Shown here one piece after another: positions 50,115 through 57,881 of a stretch of DNA of 64,000 nt. The stretch is from Alphaproteobacteria bacterium. Lineage in GTDB: Bacteria > Planctomycetota > Phycisphaerae > UBA1845. Position numbers and translations under genes: made by a program. The stretch covers positions 85,881 to 149,880 of the forward strand of contig JANQQE010000015.1 of NCBI GenBank assembly GCA_028285105.1, read 5' to 3'. The notes under the pieces are model-generated. The model worked only from the letters and a program-made list of their open reading frames with translations, made no database searches and was not told the origin of the DNA. Within the stretch, counting starts at the first letter, position 1, and every line of letters starts with the position of its first letter.

Positions 50115-51434
50115 CTACAGCTGATCGGTTGGGTTTGGGTTATATCCCGTCGGAACTATCGGCCCACCTTCTTGCAACTCAACAATGGATGCGGTTTCAA
50201 CTTCATTGGATGAAAAAAGGACAAACAGACGCCCTTTGTACGAAGCAATGCTCGACGCATAACCGTCAGCCAACTGAACACGATATGTTTCAATGGCTTC
50301 ATACGTCCTTGGATTAATTTTGAAAACGTACCCGTAATAGAGCGCCCAGATGAATTCACCGTCGTGCGTCACCGAATCAAGAAAAACATCAAACTCAACG
50401 GCCTCGATCAGCACATCCGGTTCGTTGCTCGTATCAACGCGCAGGAACGTATGGTTCTTGGTTACGTCTGAACGACCAAATAGCAGCAAGTCATCCGTCA
50501 CGAAATCGATGGCGGCATATTCCAGGTTGATTTCGAAGCCGAGATCCAAGTGCGTGTCAACGGTATCCACTGCAATGCCTGATCGCGTCGACCGCTGAAC
50601 AATTTCGTCACTACCCGATGATTTGTGTGACCAAAAATCACCCTGCTGCATGGCAAGAATGTATGGGAATTGACTGGGCGCGGGAACGGGCTCACCGGTA
50701 ACACCCAGTGTCGATACCATTGCAATCTCATCAGGCGTATCGACATTGAACCAGAAAGCTTCGCCATCCGTTTCCAATTCGCCTTTGCCTTTCCACGTTC
50801 GTTCAGTCTCAAATCGATGCACTTCGTGCATGGTTCTGCAATTGTATTCGGCTGGCACAAATTCTTCGCGCCGCAGTGTCAATTGGATACCTGAATGGTC
50901 CGTCAAGAGTAAGGTGTCGAATCCAGAAAATTGATAGACGAGCGCTTCCAAGCCATCTTCTTCGGATTCGATCGTAATCCCAGTTTCGCCGAGCAATCGA
51001 TAGGCAACGTCTCGACACTCCTTGATTTTCGTCGAGTCATCCTTACCGAAAAACATTGCGATTCCACCATCTTCAAATCGAACATAAGTCGATTCGTAAT
51101 CCAGATGATTTGAAAACCCATATTCTTCGACCACATGCCAGATTCCGATGAGGTCGGCTGGACCAGGTTCAGGCACGGGATCAACTCCGTTGGTATCGAT
51201 CGGGTCTGGATTAATCGGATCCGGATCAACCGGATCTGGGTCCATGCCGTTTGTATTGACGGGATCGGGAACCGGGTCAGGAAATGGTTCAGGTTGTGGA
51301 TCTGGTTCATTCACTCCACAAGCACCACAAAACATCAGCGACCCACAAAACATCAACAACCGGGTATTTCCGACCAGCAAACGGGATAGATTCTTCATTC
51401 TGGCGTACACGATCATGTCTCCTGCATATTGCAA
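50115..51434 (-). CDS. Putative lipoprotein, paralog of 48508..49812
   Basis: FCGAC lipobox-like, PQPEPFP and DPDP/DTNG repeats, LIGIW, TKIKECR vs TETKECR; start probably 51416 or 51398. Confidence 0.72.
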   Translation of the reverse strand: MQYAGDMIVYARMKNLSRLLVGNTRLLMFCGSLMFCGACGVNEPDPQPEPFPDPVPDPVNTNGMDPDPVDPDPINPDPIDTNGVDPVPEPGPADLIGIWHVVEEYGFSNHLDYESTYVRFEDGGIAMFFGKDDSTKIKECRDVAYRLLGETGITIESEEDGLEALVYQFSGFDTLLLTDHSGIQLTLRREEFVPAEYNCRTMHEVHRFETERTWKGKGELETDGEAFWFNVDTPDEIAMVSTLGVTGEPVPAPSQFPYILAMQQGDFWSHKSSGSDEIVQRSTRSGIAVDTVDTHLDLGFEINLEYAAIDFVTDDLLLFGRSDVTKNHTFLRVDTSNEPDVLIEAVEFDVFLDSVTHDGEFIWALYYGYVFKINPRTYEAIETYRVQLADGYASSIASYKGRLFVLFSSNEVETASIVELQEGGPIVPTGYNPNPTDQL

Positions 51435-51580
51435 TCATTCATTCACTCTCGAGAGCTACGCAGCCCCTTGAATCACTGCTGCGACAGATGCCGCGATCGA
51501 TTCACGCTTTTTTTTGAAAATGTCACCTGTATACTGGGATTCTCCAATAAAGGCCTTAGGAGCAGGATTCAAACCGCACA

Positions 51581-52219
51581 TTGCATACATCGAGCGAATC
51601 ACACGTGAATCAGGATCAACAACTCATCAAATCGGCGGTTCAAGGCGACACCGCATCAATCACCGCTCTGCTTGAGCGGCACGGGACAACCGTCGAACGT
51701 TCCCTGCAAATTGGGGCGACCTGGCAATCAATGATCGACTCGGCCGACGTGATGCAAGTGACTTATCTGGAAGCGTTTCTTCGGATTCAAAGCTTTGACC
51801 CGGATCGTGGTTCATCATTTGAAGCATGGTTGCGACGCATTGCCGAAAACAACCTCCGAGACGCCATCAAGGGACTCAGCCGCAAGAAGCAGCCACCGCC
51901 AAAAAATCGCATCAAACCGGGTGGTCTGGAAGATTCTCTGGTGGGTCTGTACGAAATGTTCAGCGCTTCCATCTCAACGCCAAGCCAACAGGTCGGACGC
52001 GGGGAAATTTGCCGGGCTGTCGAAGCTGCGATCACCGCCCTTCCGGAGCGATACCAGAAAGTTGTGCAACTTTATGACATTGAAGGTCGGTCGATTGAAG
52101 AGGTCGCCTCGGAATTGAAACGTTCGCCGGGAGCTGTCCACATGCTTCGCGCCCGAGCCCAGGACCGCCTTCGCGAGCTTCTGGGAACCCCTTCCATGTT
52201 TTTTGGCAGTGAGTCGTGA
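51581..52219 (+). CDS. ECF sigma-70 factor (kinase-associated type)
   Basis: DSADVMQVTYLEAF, FEAWLRRIAENNLRD, STPSQ, LPERYQKVV, EVASELKRSPGAVHMLRARA. Confidence 0.92.
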   Translation: MHTSSESHVNQDQQLIKSAVQGDTASITALLERHGTTVERSLQIGATWQSMIDSADVMQVTYLEAFLRIQSFDPDRGSSFEAWLRRIAENNLRDAIKGLSRKKQPPPKNRIKPGGLEDSLVGLYEMFSASISTPSQQVGRGEICRAVEAAITALPERYQKVVQLYDIEGRSIEEVASELKRSPGAVHMLRARAQDRLRELLGTPSMFFGSES

Positions 52220-52264
52220 ATCCACGCCCGGTTTTGTCGCAGACTGAGTTGAGGTGATTCACCC

Positions 52265-55039
52265 GTGACCAAACAGGCCCATGACAAATCATCCGAAGCT
52301 CCAGTCGACCAGCATTTGAGTTGGATCGATGCCGCCTGCCGCGAGTTTCTCGCCGCCCATCCGACCCAATCGTCCGGTTCGCAAATCGTTTCCCCATCAG
52401 CTACGGCCTCCGACGATTCAATCGTTGCGCGTGTGCTTGCGAAGGCTCTGCCTGGTTATCGAATTGAATCGGAATGCCAACGCGGTGGACAAGGCGTTGT
52501 GTTTCGCTCGACCCATCTGGCAACGAATCGGGATGTCGCGATCAAAGTTCTCAACGAAACGTCGGCTGGCAAAATCCGTGACCGCGCCCGATTTGAACGC
52601 GAAATCAGAATCCTCGGGCAACTTCGTCATCCGAACATTGTGCGGGTGGTCGATAGTGGGTCAGCCGACGGGCGTTTCTATTACATCATGGAATACGTCA
52701 AGGGACTCCCCCTTGACGACTATGTCCTCAAAAACGATTTATCGATTCGCGATGCGCTTATTCTTTTTGCGAAAGTCTGCGATGCCGTCAACGTCGCTCA
52801 CCTGCGCGGTATCATCCATCGCGACATCAAACCAAGTAACATTCGGGTTGACCCTAGCGGCGAGCCGCATGTGATGGACTTCGGACTGGCGAAGGTGGAC
52901 GAGTTCGACGCGATCGCTGACCCACGAACCGAAGTGCAGACCGTTGCCGGGCAGTTCGTCGGAACGCTGCCCTGGGCAAGTCCGGAACAGCTAGAGTCAA
53001 CCATCGACGATCTCGATATTCGCACTGATGTCTATTCGCTTGGCGTGGTACTATATCAGATCGTGGCTCGACAGTTTCCGTATGAAGTCTCTGGAAGTGT
53101 CCGCCGCGTGTTCGAAAACATCTGTTCTATCGATCCGCCGAAACCCAGCACCGTCAACGCGGGAATCGATGACGATGTCGATTGCATCGTACTGAAGTCG
53201 CTTCGAAAAAATCGCGAGCAGCGTTATCAGAATGCAGGCAACCTCGCCCGCGAAATCCGCCGCTATCTCGACGGCGAACCGATCGACGCCAAGCGCGACA
53301 ACAGTTGGTATGTCTTGCGAAAGACGATACGCCGTCATCGAGGCAAGGCATTCACGGTCGGCCTCATCGCCCTACTTGTCGTGCAAGCCCTCGTCGGGAT
53401 GATTCTGATGTTTCAGCAAGAGGCCAAGCTACGTGCCGAAGCAGAAACCGCACGCGATGAAGCCACCGCCGCCCGCGATCTGGCCGAACAGAGTGCCCAG
53501 GAAGCCGTTCGGCAAGCACATGTCGCAGAGTCCGTAAATGCGTTTTTGAACGATGACCTGCTGGCGGCTGCCGATCCGGAAATTGCGATCGGTCGAGACA
53601 TCTCAGTCCGATCCGTGCTGGATCAAGCGTCGCTACGCATTGAGGATCGATTTCAAAATCAACCGCTCGCCGAACTACGTATACGCAACACGCTCGCCGA
53701 GGCGTACCACAATCTAGGCGAGTACGAATCCGCCCTTACGCACTACCTCGCTCAACTTGCCCTCGCAAGTGATCGTTTGGGCAAGCTCGACGCGGAGACG
53801 TTGTCGATTAGGAACAACATCGCGTTGTGCCTTTCCGATTCAGGTCAACACGAGAAAGCACGGAATCAGATTGTCGACACATTGGCGGACTTGCATCGCG
53901 AGCATGGAGATGACCATCCGACCACCATCTCAACGACTGGCAACCTTGCAATGATTCTGGTGCATCTTGGAGAATACGACGAAGCATTGACCCTTTATAA
54001 CGATGTGATCGAACGGAGTGAACGCATCAACGGTCGCAATAATGCAACGACGATCAGTACCCGAATGAATCTCGCTGACGTTCATTCGCGCCTGGGGGCG
54101 AACGACAAATCGCGCGAACATCTGGAGATCGCGATTACTTCGATTAATGAAGTCTACCCAGAAGGTCACCCTAAGCATTTGGTTTCCAGGAATAATCTCG
54201 CTGGTTTGCTGCGCGAATCCGGTGAATTGGATGCGGCGATTAAACTCTACAGTGAGCTTTACGAAACCGGCCAACGGGTACTTGGACCGGAACATCCTCA
54301 TACTTTGGATTTTCTGAACAGCCTGGCCGGTACCCATCACCTTGCACGGAACTTGCAAGTTTCCATCGATATATGGAAACCCCTTCTTGAAACACAACGT
54401 CGTCTGATGGGTAACGACCACGAAGATACACTGACAACCATGAACAACCTTGCCAATGCGCTTGCAGACATCGGTCATGAAGATGAAGCAAGAGATCTAT
54501 ACGTTGCGGCACTCGAAGGGCGCAAGCGGGCTCACGGACCGGAGCATCCGTCAACGATTGTGACCATGAACAACCTCGCAGTCTGGTATCGAAAGACCGG
54601 TCGCTATGTCGAAGGCGAGTCATTGCAACGTGAAGTCGTTGATAAATTTGTGCAACTCGTCGGTGCAGACCACGTTCAAACGATGACCGCTCGAAGCAAT
54701 CTGGGCGAACTGCTGAATCTGATGCGGAAGTTTGAGGAAGCCCGCAAGCAAAACAAAATCGTTGCGGATATAGCCGACCACATCCTGCCGAATGACCATT
54801 GGTTTGCGGGATTGTCGCTGAGACGGCTGGGCGAATCCCTGACTGGACTTGAGTCATTTGAAAACGCCGAAGAATTGCTCCTGCAAAGTGAGAAAATCGT
54901 TTCCAATGCACTGGGAGAAAGTAGCGATCGCCACGTGCGATGCATCGAGGCGCTGGTCAACCTGTACGATGCCTGGCTTAAACCAGATGAAGCTGCAAGA
55001 TGGCAGGAAAAAATCGAGTCGGCAGCTACAGACCACTGA
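52265..55039 (+). CDS. Membrane Ser/Thr protein kinase with C-terminal TPR repeats
   Basis: RGGQGVV, VAIK, HRDIKPSN, DFGLAK, GTLPWASPEQ, DVYSLG, TM helix, kinesin-light-chain-like TPRs (LG.EHP.T...MNNLA). Confidence 0.95.
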   Translation: MTKQAHDKSSEAPVDQHLSWIDAACREFLAAHPTQSSGSQIVSPSATASDDSIVARVLAKALPGYRIESECQRGGQGVVFRSTHLATNRDVAIKVLNETSAGKIRDRARFEREIRILGQLRHPNIVRVVDSGSADGRFYYIMEYVKGLPLDDYVLKNDLSIRDALILFAKVCDAVNVAHLRGIIHRDIKPSNIRVDPSGEPHVMDFGLAKVDEFDAIADPRTEVQTVAGQFVGTLPWASPEQLESTIDDLDIRTDVYSLGVVLYQIVARQFPYEVSGSVRRVFENICSIDPPKPSTVNAGIDDDVDCIVLKSLRKNREQRYQNAGNLAREIRRYLDGEPIDAKRDNSWYVLRKTIRRHRGKAFTVGLIALLVVQALVGMILMFQQEAKLRAEAETARDEATAARDLAEQSAQEAVRQAHVAESVNAFLNDDLLAAADPEIAIGRDISVRSVLDQASLRIEDRFQNQPLAELRIRNTLAEAYHNLGEYESALTHYLAQLALASDRLGKLDAETLSIRNNIALCLSDSGQHEKARNQIVDTLADLHREHGDDHPTTISTTGNLAMILVHLGEYDEALTLYNDVIERSERINGRNNATTISTRMNLADVHSRLGANDKSREHLEIAITSINEVYPEGHPKHLVSRNNLAGLLRESGELDAAIKLYSELYETGQRVLGPEHPHTLDFLNSLAGTHHLARNLQVSIDIWKPLLETQRRLMGNDHEDTLTTMNNLANALADIGHEDEARDLYVAALEGRKRAHGPEHPSTIVTMNNLAVWYRKTGRYVEGESLQREVVDKFVQLVGADHVQTMTARSNLGELLNLMRKFEEARKQNKIVADIADHILPNDHWFAGLSLRRLGESLTGLESFENAEELLLQSEKIVSNALGESSDRHVRCIEALVNLYDAWLKPDEAARWQEKIESAATDH

Positions 55040-55763
55040 TGACGCGATCATTATCAATGACGCCATGACTCAGTGCCGTGTTGTCTGACATCGAAATAGC
55101 AACGTCCATATATCTTACGCTAAGGTTGCGTTTGAGTTCGACTGAACTGGCTCCGTTTGCGCCCACCGTCGCGAATGCCAGCCGATCGACCAGCCATTTG
55201 GCGGTCCCTGCGAATTCATCGACACGTTTCAACCGCCCGTTGGAAGCCACAATCATCCATTCTGGACTCATGCCCCAGAAGTCCAAGTGATTTTGGCGTC
55301 GATTGCATTCCTGCAAAGCCACCTTGGTGGTGCATTTGAATGGTTGACTGTGCGTGGCGATCACATCGACCGCAAACGTACCATGCGCGCCAGAATAGCC
55401 AGCCACCACAGACGAATGAAACGGGGCGCCACTGTATTCGACATGCACGCTGAATGAACCGTTAGTGTCGAAGGGCTGTTCAAGGTCGATGTCGATATGA
55501 TCATTGACATGCATGAACGTCGCAGGAACGGCATGGATTTCCGATTCTCTGTTACGGACCACCCCGCCATGCGGTTGAACAGAGTTCCGCATGGCGTGAC
55601 CGCACAATCCGTCCTTGCCTTCGGATGCGATTTCGCATCGCTCCGCATGTTCAGGCAACTTGACCTCAGCCAATGATTCAACACAACGCACGACACCGAG
55701 CAAGGCGCGCATCAGAGCCAGCCAAGTTCATCCTTCGATCGTCGTCTTTTTCAAGACCCTCAT
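55026..55763 (-). pseudogene. Decayed, truncated M1-family aminopeptidase (N-terminal part)
   Basis: ATG 55763 with GAGGG RBS; in-frame TGA at 55728-55730; FSVHVEYSGAP, IATHSQPF, PEWMIVASNGRL motifs; frameshifted RWLCRNAIDAKIT; no HEXXH domain. Confidence 0.65.
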
Positions 55764-55930
55764 CGACAGACCCTCAATCGCTCGGATACACAGGACAACG
55801 ACATTGATTCTGGCGACAGCGTCCACAGCCCCTCAATATGATAGCACCAATCTGTCTGGCTTTTTAGCCATCAGAAATGGCCAAAAATCAGACTGTCGCT
55901 GCGAAGCGTTGATCACTACAATCCGCCCCA

Positions 55931-57841
55931 ATGTCCAAGCCATGCGATGCCATCACCGCCACGCAATCGCAAGACCTGCCCGATGCAGGCAGGTTTTCTC
56001 CATTCCGACTTGTCAATTGGATTTCTGGATGGCTTACACATCATCGAATGCCTTTGTTCGTTGCGCTGGTAGCGATTTTGTTGACGCTGCCTGGCTTGTC
56101 GGTCGGTTGGCAAACCGACGACCACCTGCATCGCGCGACGATGACCGACGAGTTCCCGGTGATGGCCAGCGCACGCCACCCTTTTTGGGACATGTTTGCA
56201 TTCGTCAAGGATGGCATGCTTGAAGAGGACGGAATTCTTGAACGTGGCGAATTGCCTTGGTGGACGCCACCGAATTACAGAATCGCATTCTTCCGACCCG
56301 TGGCGGGCATTACCCATTGGCTCGACTACAATCTCTGGCCACATTCGCCCTGGATCATGCATGCTCATTCGATTGCTTGGTATGGATTAACAGTATTTCT
56401 CGCAGCCCTCTTGTTTAGACGGATCTCGATTGCACCGATTGCAGCCGGGCTTGCTGCATTGATTTATGCAATCAGCGACGGACATGGACTGCCTGCCGTG
56501 TGGCTGGCCAATCGCAATGCGACGATCGCAGTGTTTTTCGGAATCTGCACGTTGATTGCCTACGACCGGTGGCGTCGTGATGGATTCAAACTCGGTGCGG
56601 TCATTGCACCGATCGCGTTATTGGCAGCAGTCCTTGCCAATGAAGGGGCTGTCTCCGCTGGTGCGTACTTGCTCGCGTATGCGATTTTCATGGACCCCGA
56701 TCGAACATGGAAACGGTTCCCCGCACTGCTGCCATGCGTGGCGATTGGTGTGGGGTGGTGGCTGGCATACCGCGCATGTGGATACGGTGCGATCGGTTCA
56801 GGCGTTTACATCGATCCGGCAAACAGCCCATTGGAATACTTGATGGCCTGTCTCTGGCGCGGTCCGATCTTGATATTCGGATTATTCTGTGTTCCGCCAT
56901 CGGATGCGCACATCATGCTTTCGAATGCTGCGTATCGAATATTTTGGGGCGTTAGCATCGCCGTGATTTTACTCGGAGCCATCGTTGTAGCAAAGCATGT
57001 CAAAGCCAATAAGCATTTGCAATTTGCTCTAATGGGTATGCTGCTTTCGATCCTTCCGCCGTGCGCAACATTCGCTTCAGACCGGCTGCTGATGTTTGCT
57101 GGGGTCGGGGCTGCAATGCTTATTGCACACTTAATCGTCACCGCATGGCAACCTTCCGCCACCATCAAGACAGCAAGAATTTTTGGCGGAGTACTGATCG
57201 TGGTACATCTGGTCTTCGCACCGATCGGATTGCTGACGGCCTCCCAAAACGTCCGCAACTTCGGCGAGACATCGAGCATAGCAGGCTTGAGTCTTCCACA
57301 TGATGACAAAGTCGCCGATCAACGGATAATCGCGGTCAGTGCACCGTCTAGTTTTCTGTTTGCATTTGCAAAGATTTATGCAGCGACGCAGAAACGAACC
57401 GTACCGGACAAAACATTGGCACTGGGTTCCGGTGTGTTCGAGGTTCACGTGCATCGCCCCGACGATGAATCGCTGCTCGTCACGCAGGATGGTGGCTGGC
57501 TGGCGCTACCCGGGCAATCACCGGAGGATGATTTCTCCTGGGTGGGCAGCCATTATTTATTTCAAACGTTCGACGTGTTGTTTCGCGACGACCAGCCGTT
57601 CGAGGTCGGGCAGCGAATCGAATTTTCTGACTGCGCGATCGAAATAGTCGAAATCACGCCAGACGACCGTCCGGCCAAAGTCCGCTTCGAATTCGCCAAA
57701 CCGCTTGAAGATGACTCCTATCGTTGGGTCTATTGGAAGGACAACGGGTTTACAGAATTCAAACTGCCGCCCATCAACGGATCGGTCACGTTACCCGCGC
57801 CTCGTCCACCGATCGGATCGATGGGCGGAAGCGACGAATAA
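55931..57841 (+). CDS. Polytopic membrane protein, probable GT-C (TMTC/ArnT-like) glycosyltransferase with soluble C-domain
   Basis: DD after first TM (GWQTDDH), FFRPV...WLDY, WLANRN, ANE, DRLL; about 12 TM segments. Confidence 0.6.
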   Translation: MSKPCDAITATQSQDLPDAGRFSPFRLVNWISGWLTHHRMPLFVALVAILLTLPGLSVGWQTDDHLHRATMTDEFPVMASARHPFWDMFAFVKDGMLEEDGILERGELPWWTPPNYRIAFFRPVAGITHWLDYNLWPHSPWIMHAHSIAWYGLTVFLAALLFRRISIAPIAAGLAALIYAISDGHGLPAVWLANRNATIAVFFGICTLIAYDRWRRDGFKLGAVIAPIALLAAVLANEGAVSAGAYLLAYAIFMDPDRTWKRFPALLPCVAIGVGWWLAYRACGYGAIGSGVYIDPANSPLEYLMACLWRGPILIFGLFCVPPSDAHIMLSNAAYRIFWGVSIAVILLGAIVVAKHVKANKHLQFALMGMLLSILPPCATFASDRLLMFAGVGAAMLIAHLIVTAWQPSATIKTARIFGGVLIVVHLVFAPIGLLTASQNVRNFGETSSIAGLSLPHDDKVADQRIIAVSAPSSFLFAFAKIYAATQKRTVPDKTLALGSGVFEVHVHRPDDESLLVTQDGGWLALPGQSPEDDFSWVGSHYLFQTFDVLFRDDQPFEVGQRIEFSDCAIEIVEITPDDRPAKVRFEFAKPLEDDSYRWVYWKDNGFTEFKLPPINGSVTLPAPRPPIGSMGGSDE

Positions 57842-57881
57842 CGTGACCATTTGCCCGGTTACTAGCTTGGCGATTTCCGGC

